Sequence record: DRR723986_28476
DNA: 50,109 nucleotides
Direction: 5' to 3' (one strand)
Positions within the stretch are counted from its first letter, which is position 1, and each line of letters starts with the position of its first letter. The position numbers were made by a program, and so were the translations under genes. The notes below the pieces were generated by a model. That model worked only from the letters and a program-made list of their open reading frames with translations. It did not search any database and had not been told where the DNA came from. Below are positions 10,008 to 18,212 of this stretch, one piece after another.

Positions 10008-11279
10008 TCAGCCGACTACCACTTCTATATAGGGTGTATTGCTAAAGTATTTTTTTCCTACATTCTTTATTTCTTCCGAAGTAAATTTCTTTAAAAATGC
10101 CAATTTCCGAGCATAATAATCGAAATCCATTCCTGAGTGATGAACAGCCTTGAACCTATCAATTAAGTCAAATGAAGTACTGAATTGCTTCAACATTTGT
10201 CCGATTAGATAGTTTCGAACCACTTCTAATTCCTGCCCATTGACTCCATCTTCAGTCAATTTTTTGATTTCGTGGTAAATCTCTTCAATCACATCTAAAT
10301 AAAACTCTTTTTGAACATCGGCTGATATTACCCAATAATGAGCATCTCCAATTTCGGCTAATGATGAAAAAATGCCATAGGTATGACCTTTGTCCTCTCG
10401 TATATTTTTAACTAATCGGGAGCCGAAATACCCTCCTAAAATAGTGTTGAACACCGAAAGGGCGATGAAGTCAGGATGCGTTTGGGGGATAGACCAATTT
10501 CCTATGCGAATACTGCTTTGTACAGACTTATCTCTTGGTTCTGTTACTGCCAATAAGGTGTTAATACTTGGTAAAAGTACGGATTGCACTACTTCCCGGT
10601 TTGGTAGGTCTCCTAGTAGTTTGCAGAGGCTCTCAAGCTCCTCTGAATCAAAATCCCCTGTAACAAAAATTTCTAAATCTTGCCATAACATATCGTTGTA
10701 GTAAGAAACCAAAAGATCTCTAGTGATGCTTTCAACATGGCTTTCGTTAACTTCAACACCATAGGGGTGATTAGCTCCAAAAAGGCATTTTCTGAATAAT
10801 TGACTTGCTCTCGAAGCTGTTTTCTCCTTTTCTAGTTTGATGCTGAGTTTTCTCTGAGACTGGCGTTTTTCCAGCATATCCTGCGGGAAAGTTGCCTCCA
10901 TGAACAAGGATAAGAACTCTTTTAAGACAACGTTGAGATGTTTTTTGGTGGACAATAGACCCAAACCTTCATGAGAATAAGTTTGAATTGGGTGGACTTC
11001 AGAAGCATAAAAATCAAAAAACTCAGCTATTGCACCCGCGCTTTTAGTTTTTGTGCCTTCCTGTAACATCTGAAGAGTGAATGAGGAAACAAGGGTTTGC
11101 TCAAGCGGAAGTGATGCTCGCTGACCTTTGCAGAGTACATCAATTTTAGTTGCCTCCAAGCCTGGAGTGGGTACAAAAAAGAACTTAGCACCATTGGAAA
11201 GTTTAAATTCCAAAGGTGGCAATAGTTCAAAATCCTCTGGAACGTTAAAATCCGGAGCCTTTGACCTGTCTAATAACAT
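10008..11279 (-). CDS. M16 family peptidase-like protein, non-catalytic subunit
   Basis: LSNG, ILGGYFGSRLxxNIREDKGHTYG (R/Y motif); HXXEH zinc motif absent (FTLQMLQEGT at that position). Confidence 0.85.
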   Translation of the reverse strand: MLLDRSKAPDFNVPEDFELLPPLEFKLSNGAKFFFVPTPGLEATKIDVLCKGQRASLPLEQTLVSSFTLQMLQEGTKTKSAGAIAEFFDFYASEVHPIQTYSHEGLGLLSTKKHLNVVLKEFLSLFMEATFPQDMLEKRQSQRKLSIKLEKEKTASRASQLFRKCLFGANHPYGVEVNESHVESITRDLLVSYYNDMLWQDLEIFVTGDFDSEELESLCKLLGDLPNREVVQSVLLPSINTLLAVTEPRDKSVQSSIRIGNWSIPQTHPDFIALSVFNTILGGYFGSRLVKNIREDKGHTYGIFSSLAEIGDAHYWVISADVQKEFYLDVIEEIYHEIKKLTEDGVNGQELEVVRNYLIGQMLKQFSTSFDLIDRFKAVHHSGMDFDYYARKLAFLKKFTSEEIKNVGKKYFSNTPYIEVVVG

Positions 11280-11281
11280 TA

Positions 11282-12499
11282 TTAATTGGGGATATTATAC
11301 ATCAAAGAGAATCGTAATGTCTCTGCGAGTGGGTGATTTTGTTGTTGGGGTACCAGGTATGAAAAGTCAAATCCAAGCCTTTTTAAGTCGAAACCTACAC
11401 CCATTGTGAAGTATTTTCTGCCGCCTTTATTTGGATTCTCATAAAAATATCCAGTACGTAATGCAAATTTATCGTCGTAGTTATATTCAACTCCAAAAGA
11501 AATCGTAATCTCCTGCATTTCTTCAGAAAATCCCCCTGGAGCATCTGCAAATGAGCCAAACATGCCTGAAATAAGCGGACGATTTGGGTCTTTACCGTTT
11601 CCAGGTTCTATGATAAGATTTCCGTTTTCATCTGTTTCCAAGGTCCCGTCTTCATTGGTAGCATAGATTGGTGGTGTAGGAACCAAAAGTTTATTGAGAT
11701 CTAACGCAAAAGTCAAAGTATTCACAGCGTCAAGGTCTATGGAATAAGCAGTTCCTACTTTCAAGTTGGTAGGAATGTAATCTAAATCATCAGCTGAATT
11801 ATAGGTGATTTTAGGGCCAATATTTGTGATGCTAAGTCCCCAAGAGAAGTTTGCGTCTTTAGCTCCAGCGAAAATTGGTTTAGAATAATAAAGGCCAACA
11901 TCTGTTCCGACGCTAATACCTGGTTTAGCTTCATTTCCGCCTACTGAAGAGATATTACCAGAAAGATTTGAGTAGATAAATCGAGCTGAAATACCTAAAC
12001 CTAGGTAAGAAGAAAGCTTTCTAGAATAGGTTCCACCAATTGCAATATCTCTTGGGTTGAACTCACCCAATGGATTACCTCGTCCATCAGTCAATTGTAT
12101 CTCACCCATATTGAAGTAACGTAAGTCAAATCCAAATGCTGAAACCTCATCAATTCTAAAATATCCGGTCAAGTAACTTAAAGACATGTCATTGACAAGT
12201 TTTCCAAGCCATGGCGAATAGGAAAGTGAAAAGCCCATTTGATCTTCTACAAAAGCAAGTTGGCCTGCATTCCAATGAGCTGAACTAGCATCCGGCGATA
12301 GGGCTACACCAGCATCCCCCATTCCAGAATGTCTAGAGTCTGGAGCAAAATTCAAAAAAGGAACAGCCGTAGTTATCACTCTTCGATCAGGATCCTGACC
12401 AGAAATGATAGTGCTGTTCTGTGCATACACAGATAAAGTAGCCAGGGTAAAAACTGCAATAAGTAGGTTTTTCCTTTTATTAGTGGCTATTTTTTTCAT
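11282..12499 (-). CDS. porV: T9SS outer-membrane shuttle protein PorV
   Basis: Signal peptide, ITTAVPFLxxAPDSRxSGMGD, YSPWL, HPLAETLRFSL; directly downstream of porU. Confidence 0.93.
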   Translation of the reverse strand: MKKIATNKRKNLLIAVFTLATLSVYAQNSTIISGQDPDRRVITTAVPFLNFAPDSRHSGMGDAGVALSPDASSAHWNAGQLAFVEDQMGFSLSYSPWLGKLVNDMSLSYLTGYFRIDEVSAFGFDLRYFNMGEIQLTDGRGNPLGEFNPRDIAIGGTYSRKLSSYLGLGISARFIYSNLSGNISSVGGNEAKPGISVGTDVGLYYSKPIFAGAKDANFSWGLSITNIGPKITYNSADDLDYIPTNLKVGTAYSIDLDAVNTLTFALDLNKLLVPTPPIYATNEDGTLETDENGNLIIEPGNGKDPNRPLISGMFGSFADAPGGFSEEMQEITISFGVEYNYDDKFALRTGYFYENPNKGGRKYFTMGVGFDLKRLGFDFSYLVPQQQNHPLAETLRFSLMYNIPN

Positions 12500-15400
12500 T
12501 GAATTAATATTTGTCCGCTTACTGAATCTACAGAATTATCAAGTTCTGATTGTAGCGTTAGTTTGTAAATATAAGTTCCTTTTGCTGGATATTTGGTTTG
12601 GTTTTGGAAAAAAAACCAAACCAAATCATCTAGTTTAGCATTGGCCTTGACTAAACGTTCACTTTCTATAAATAGTGTCTTGCCATCCGTTTGGAAAACG
12701 GCAAGGGTAAGAATTAAATTTTCACCCGGTTGATTATGTTCAAGTTCAAAACGACTCTCAATAACTGCTGGGTTGGGATAAGTTTTGTGACTAAGTATTC
12801 TTAATTTATCACTTCCCTCTACAATAATCTCCTGATTCAATACACTCCCGTTTCCTAAGTTATCCCATGCGCGGATAGTTACCAAATTCTTTCCTTCTTT
12901 TAACCCTTCCAATACAAACGTCACTTTACCGAATTTGTATGTGTCATTTTCTGAGGTGAAATATCTATTTAATAGTTCGGGGTCATCATCATTTATTTGA
13001 ACTGTTAGATTTTCAGATGGTAGAAAACCTGAAATATTTATACCACTGGAGTCTGAAAAAGTTGCTTCCATTTTTATTGTTTTGGAAGGGAATATATAAG
13101 GCGATTCTACTTTTCCTCCAAAAGTAGCTGCTATAATTGGCCCTTCTGTATCCAAAGGCGGATTGCTTGAAATACCTCCAATCAATATTTGGCTAAATCC
13201 AAAAGCCTCCCAGTTTTGATTCGTACTTTCTCCATAAATTTGGACTTTTCCTTCTCCAAATTCTAAATCTATATTTTTAGGGATAATCATAGTACCATTG
13301 ATTATTCCAGCTACTATTTTACCCTTGCCTTTGAAAATCAAATTTTCTGATACTTCAAAATCTATCGGATTACTCTCGTCACCCAAGGTTTTTTCCGTGC
13401 TAGGTTTGTCATGCAATTCAATTGTGTATTCACCTTCAAACGAAGTAGAAATACCGCCTGTATTTGGATTAATTACTTCTGCTTCAAAAGCTACTTCATG
13501 AAGAGCGGAAAGTGTGTCTAGAATAGTTTGATTTTGGGGGTTTTTAAAAGAAGTAAACTCAATTCGAAACTCTGGACTAGCCAGTTTCATACTTGGATCG
13601 GCTAAAAGGCTAAAATTTCTGTTTAGCGATCCATTTAAACTTTTGTTTTTAGTATTTCTAAATATGCTCCCCAGATCTTGATAGTGCTCATTTTTTAGTT
13701 TAAAAACCTCCTTAAAAAAGGCGGCATTTAATGAAAAGTTCACACTACTAAATACGGGTCTGCCTGTGGTCAAAAGTCCAATAGCACCTTTATTCGCAAA
13801 AGTCAAAAGTTCCTCAGCGGCAGATCTCAAGAAGGGACTATCATGCCTTCCAAATTCGCAGGTGGCTGTAACCCACAATGCCAGTTTTTCCTGTTTTGCC
13901 CAGTTTGAAATATCCGATGTTAGAAATACTTCTTCAGCAGTTAAAGTAGTTTCATTGCCATGACCAATGAAATTGAGGAGCAAAGTTCCTTTTTCGAGGG
14001 TTTCTTCTAAAGCGATTTTTGCCTGTGGAGAAGACTGTCTTTCTCCTGTTTTCTCTTGGGCAAATCGGTCTAGATATAATTTCTGTCTTCTGAAGTCTTG
14101 ATGATTCTCTTTTAAATAGGATGCATGCGCCTCTGAGTCTCGTAAGTGGATATTGTTATCGCCATCGTCTGCGAAGAAGGTTACTGTTTTTTTCCAGTCC
14201 CCCGCGATTGGATTACTTTCGTAATTGATGATTTTATCTACTACGATTTTGGCTTCTTGCGCATTGATTACTGGTAATCTTCCAATACCAATTTGCATAA
14301 GTTCGTCTCCTTCCTTGGTTTCTTTCCATTTTCCTTGACCAAATTCAATGAGTGAGAAATAATCGTCAGAGCTAAATGTGGATAGAGGATCCAAACTATT
14401 CCTGCTGGTGTAGATAGGAACTAGGTTAGGTCTACCACCCAAAATCCCTTTGTAGTCAAATGTTCCTTTTCCTAAAATCAGGACATTTTGGAGTTTACCA
14501 CCTTGGTGATATTGCCAGGCTATAAAATTTCGAATGGCATTTAAATCAGGATTACCATAGCCGAATGAATCGTAGATTTCATCTAAGAAGGCTACTTCCG
14601 TGTATATACCCATTCCAAGTTTATGGAGGCTCAGTTTATTGGCTGAATTACTCAGGATTTTAGGAGCGATTATAAGAAGATCTGGCCACGCAGATTGGGT
14701 TCGAAGAGTAGTTTTAGCCGGTTCTATATCTGAGATGACTTTTACTTTATTTTCATCAAAGACAATTAATTTCTGTCCAGTAACTATACTTCCAGTACTC
14801 AAATCAATTGCTTTAGGATTATAAAAATCTCCAACCTCCCAGACTGATAAGCCAGCCAAGCCTGACAGTGAAATTGTAGACTCTTGATTCATAGAATAAA
14901 CCCCTTCATCCAAAGAATCACTTGAGTTTGGAACTCCAATTCCTATGTATTCAAAATAACCCGCATCATTTGAACTGGAGGCCTGGAAAGAAACTCTCAA
15001 TCTCTCCACCTTTCTGTCCCAAGGTGAAAAACTCTCATTTACCCATACTTCTTCTCCCTTAATTGCGTAGGTGTTGGAAGGGATTCCCGCAAGTGAATTC
15101 TCAGAGATAATCAAATCATCTACAGCTAAACTGATCTGTGAAGCCGAACTCGAACTCCCCATCAATTTGGCAGATAGCTTCCATTCGGCATTAGAATTTG
15201 ATTGCAATGGAAAAGAATATCCACGAGTTATTCCAGGTGCAATCGCTCGAGAGTACCATGTTCTACCAGAGTTCAGAATATTGTTTTCATCTTCTTTGAG
15301 CCAATTCCATTGGTATAGAATAGTTGGATTTAGCGTGCCTGATTTTCCGGGAATTGTCGCTATTCTTTTTGGCTTAGGTGTTGTTCCGATGAGAAAACTT

Positions 15401-15750
15401 ATCGAATCAGAAAATGTATTGTGTAGATATTCAATTCCTTCCTCAATGTGAGCGTAACTATGTGGAGATGGAAGATAGAAGTACAGATGATCATCTTTTT
15501 CCAATAAAGGTATTTCTTGCAGTGCTAAATCTTCAGGCTTTAATAGTTGTGGTAACATACCCGGGTAACCATAAATGGCTATTTCGCTCAGGGAATTGGC
15601 TCCTAAACTTTGAGCCTGAGTTGCACTTAGTCTGTAAATACCTTCCTCGGCAACTTTGAATTTGTAAAATGAATTTTGACCAAAAGCCAATCCAGTCAAC
15701 AAAATGTTGATAATCAGAGTGAATAGTAGCTTGTGGCAAGTGCAGAACAT
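12496..15750 (-). CDS. porU: T9SS sortase/signal peptidase PorU (C25 family)
   Basis: SSDDYF, IGRLPV, NFIGHG (catalytic His), TATCEFGRHD (catalytic Cys), AWDNLGN, C-terminal YPNP...GTYIYKL CTD. Confidence 0.92.
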   Translation of the reverse strand: MFCTCHKLLFTLIINILLTGLAFGQNSFYKFKVAEEGIYRLSATQAQSLGANSLSEIAIYGYPGMLPQLLKPEDLALQEIPLLEKDDHLYFYLPSPHSYAHIEEGIEYLHNTFSDSISFLIGTTPKPKRIATIPGKSGTLNPTILYQWNWLKEDENNILNSGRTWYSRAIAPGITRGYSFPLQSNSNAEWKLSAKLMGSSSSASQISLAVDDLIISENSLAGIPSNTYAIKGEEVWVNESFSPWDRKVERLRVSFQASSSNDAGYFEYIGIGVPNSSDSLDEGVYSMNQESTISLSGLAGLSVWEVGDFYNPKAIDLSTGSIVTGQKLIVFDENKVKVISDIEPAKTTLRTQSAWPDLLIIAPKILSNSANKLSLHKLGMGIYTEVAFLDEIYDSFGYGNPDLNAIRNFIAWQYHQGGKLQNVLILGKGTFDYKGILGGRPNLVPIYTSRNSLDPLSTFSSDDYFSLIEFGQGKWKETKEGDELMQIGIGRLPVINAQEAKIVVDKIINYESNPIAGDWKKTVTFFADDGDNNIHLRDSEAHASYLKENHQDFRRQKLYLDRFAQEKTGERQSSPQAKIALEETLEKGTLLLNFIGHGNETTLTAEEVFLTSDISNWAKQEKLALWVTATCEFGRHDSPFLRSAAEELLTFANKGAIGLLTTGRPVFSSVNFSLNAAFFKEVFKLKNEHYQDLGSIFRNTKNKSLNGSLNRNFSLLADPSMKLASPEFRIEFTSFKNPQNQTILDTLSALHEVAFEAEVINPNTGGISTSFEGEYTIELHDKPSTEKTLGDESNPIDFEVSENLIFKGKGKIVAGIINGTMIIPKNIDLEFGEGKVQIYGESTNQNWEAFGFSQILIGGISSNPPLDTEGPIIAATFGGKVESPYIFPSKTIKMEATFSDSSGINISGFLPSENLTVQINDDDPELLNRYFTSENDTYKFGKVTFVLEGLKEGKNLVTIRAWDNLGNGSVLNQEIIVEGSDKLRILSHKTYPNPAVIESRFELEHNQPGENLILTLAVFQTDGKTLFIESERLVKANAKLDDLVWFFFQNQTKYPAKGTYIYKLTLQSELDNSVDSVSGQILIQ

Positions 15751-15751
15751 T

Positions 15752-16438
15752 CTAGCGAGAAGCGTTTTCTACTACTGACAATCCTAAATAGGCTAAAATC
15801 ACAATAGGTATGCCCGCCAATCCAAAGATTAAAATCATGGATGCCCCAATAGCTAAAAGCGCGAATCTGAACTTGTTTTGGGTTAGGGAATATGATTTGA
15901 ATTTCAAAGCTATCAGGGGAAGCTCCAAAAGAAGAAGTATTGAAAAGACCCATGCTATTCCTATAAGGAACAATGGCGAAGTAAGCCAAGTACCAACTTT
16001 TGGCCATTGAATTGCAAAATATGGCAAAGTGCTTATAAACAATGCATTTGCTGGAGTAGGTAGACCAATGAATTTATCAGTTTGCCTAGTGTCTAGGTTA
16101 AACTTTGCCAATCGAAGTGCTGAGAACAAGGGTACGATCAACGTCACGTATGGAAGCCATTCAATCGATGTGCTGACTTTAGTCATTTGAAAAAGAATTG
16201 CCCCTGGAAGAACCCCAAATGAAATCAAGTCAGCTAGTGAGTCAAGTTGTTTTCCTAATTCTCCTTGAACGTGTAATAGCCTTGCAGCAAAACCATCAAA
16301 AAAATCGAAAACTGCTGCTAGAATAATAAAATAGGCCCCTGAAACAATATTTCCATTAATCACCCAAATAATCCCTATTACTCCTGACAGTAAATTGAGA
16401 AGTGTTATTGTATTTGGGATATGAGATTTAATTTTCAA
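15752..16438 (-). CDS. pssA: CDP-alcohol phosphatidyltransferase (phosphatidylserine synthase-like)
   Basis: IPNxITLLN, DFFDGFAARLL...GKQLDSLADLISFG, RLAKFN, FIGLPTP. Confidence 0.85.
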   Translation of the reverse strand: MKIKSHIPNTITLLNLLSGVIGIIWVINGNIVSGAYFIILAAVFDFFDGFAARLLHVQGELGKQLDSLADLISFGVLPGAILFQMTKVSTSIEWLPYVTLIVPLFSALRLAKFNLDTRQTDKFIGLPTPANALFISTLPYFAIQWPKVGTWLTSPLFLIGIAWVFSILLLLELPLIALKFKSYSLTQNKFRFALLAIGASMILIFGLAGIPIVILAYLGLSVVENASR

Positions 16439-17088
16439 GGTCTTGCATTTTTACCCACGAATGGGTTGTGAGTTTTTTCGAATCCAATGGTTGTCTCTGG
16501 ACCATGCCCTGGATAGATCACTGTTTCGTCCGGAAGGGAGAATAGTTCGGATTTTATTTTGCTCAATAATAATTCATGATTTCCTCCAGGTAGGTCTGTT
16601 CTTCCAATGCTACCTCTAAATAACGTATCGCCTGCAATGCATTGATTAGAGGCTTTATGGTAAAAAACCACATGACCTGGTGCATGACCCGGCACAAAGA
16701 TGATTTTCAGAACCTCATCGCCAACTTTAATTTCATCTCCTTCTACGAGAAACCCATCGGCTTGGCTACTTTCATAGCCTACAAATCCATAATTCGGTGC
16801 ATAAACTTCCACGGCTTTTAAAACAGAAGCTTCTTCTCTATGAATAAAGAGATCGACCCCAAATGTTTTTTTTGCCCACGCGTTACCCAAGACATGATCC
16901 ACATGGCAATGCGTATTTAAAAGTTGGGTAATTCGAATCTTTTTCTCAGTCACAAAATCAAGTAGTTCTTTTCGCTCAGCTAAATCAAAACACCCTGGGT
17001 CTATTAATGTTCCATTGCCTTTTTCATCATAAAGCAAATAGGTGTTTTCTTGAAAAGGGTTGAAGGTAAAAGACTTAATATATAGCAT
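16435..17088 (-). CDS. MBL-fold metallo-hydrolase (glyoxalase II-like)
   Basis: THCHVDH, PGHAPGH, GDTLFRGSIGRTDLPGG, YPGHG. ATG at 17088 preferred over the ORF-track start at 17115. Confidence 0.9.
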   Translation of the reverse strand: MLYIKSFTFNPFQENTYLLYDEKGNGTLIDPGCFDLAERKELLDFVTEKKIRITQLLNTHCHVDHVLGNAWAKKTFGVDLFIHREEASVLKAVEVYAPNYGFVGYESSQADGFLVEGDEIKVGDEVLKIIFVPGHAPGHVVFYHKASNQCIAGDTLFRGSIGRTDLPGGNHELLLSKIKSELFSLPDETVIYPGHGPETTIGFEKTHNPFVGKNARP

Positions 17089-17144
17089 GGGAAATGTATG
17101 TGAGAATTGAGACAAAATAAGGAATTAAACCTTTATTTTGGGTT

Positions 17145-18191
17145 ATGAAAATTGATTTTTTGCTCATTGGACAAGGACTTGCAGGAACAGCACTTGCCTA
17201 TAGACTGAAGCAAGCTGGTAAGAAAGTTAAGATAATTGATCAGCCTGGAGCTAATAATTCCAGTAGAGTTGCTGCGGGGCTTTTCAATCCAGTAACCGGA
17301 AGAAAAATGGTCAAAACCTGGAAAGCAGATTTGCTATTTCCCAGAATCAAACCCTTTTATCGGGAATTGGAAGAAATCACTGGCCACAAGTTCCTTATTG
17401 AAAAAGCAATTTACCGGCCTTTTTTGAGTATAGAGGAGCAAAATGAGTGGATGGGGCACAGTGCTGACCCAGCTTTTGAGGCTTATCTGGAAAAGATATA
17501 TCAAGAAAGTCAATCAGAATATTTGAAAGATCCTTATGGCGGGGTGATGCTTCGCAATTCAGGTTGGCTGAATATCAATAATCTACTTGATGCAATGTCT
17601 ACGTATTTTAGAGAGGAATTAATTTTAGAAACATTTAATGAGTCTATACTCTTGCAGGATGGAGGGTTTTGGGTTTATCGGGATATCGAAGCAAAAGCCG
17701 TTGTTTATTGCAATGGGCTTGGTGCGATGGGCTCCCGGTTTTTCAGTTTTCTTCCTTTTGCCCCAGTCAAAGGAGAAATTTTGGAAGTGAAGCAAGAGTT
17801 TTCGCCGGATTATGTTGTTAATAGAGGCGTTTTTAGGGTTCATCTAGGTAATAATGTACATCGTGTAGGCTCTACTTATACTAAACATGATTTGGACGTA
17901 GGGCCGACAAATGAAGCTAAAGGAGAACTTCTGGGTAAATTGAAGGAGTTGGTCAAGATGCCTGTGGATGAAATTACCAGCCATAAGACAGGAATTAGGC
18001 CAGCAACTAGGGATAGAAAACCATTTTTGGGAAAACATCCTAACGAGGTAGGCGTTTACATATTCAATGGATTTGGAGCCAAAGGAGTGTCACTAATTCC
18101 CTATTTTAGTGATATAATGGCTGACCACCTTCTAAATGATAAGGCAATTGACCACGAAGTGGACATAGCTCGGTATTTTAATTATATTTAA
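17145..18191 (+). CDS. FAD-dependent oxidoreductase (DAO/glycine oxidase/MnmC-oxidase-like)
   Basis: IGQGLAG, SSRVAAGLFNP, PVKGE, GIRPATRDRKPFLG, NGFGAKG. Confidence 0.85.
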   Translation: MKIDFLLIGQGLAGTALAYRLKQAGKKVKIIDQPGANNSSRVAAGLFNPVTGRKMVKTWKADLLFPRIKPFYRELEEITGHKFLIEKAIYRPFLSIEEQNEWMGHSADPAFEAYLEKIYQESQSEYLKDPYGGVMLRNSGWLNINNLLDAMSTYFREELILETFNESILLQDGGFWVYRDIEAKAVVYCNGLGAMGSRFFSFLPFAPVKGEILEVKQEFSPDYVVNRGVFRVHLGNNVHRVGSTYTKHDLDVGPTNEAKGELLGKLKELVKMPVDEITSHKTGIRPATRDRKPFLGKHPNEVGVYIFNGFGAKGVSLIPYFSDIMADHLLNDKAIDHEVDIARYFNYI

Positions 18192-18212
18192 AGACATCTT
18201 TCAGCAAATAGA

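Noticed and set aside
16435..17088. MBL-fold gene as a beta-lactamase or defence nuclease
   Set aside because: No signal peptide; GRTDLPGG motif fits the housekeeping glyoxalase II-like subfamily.
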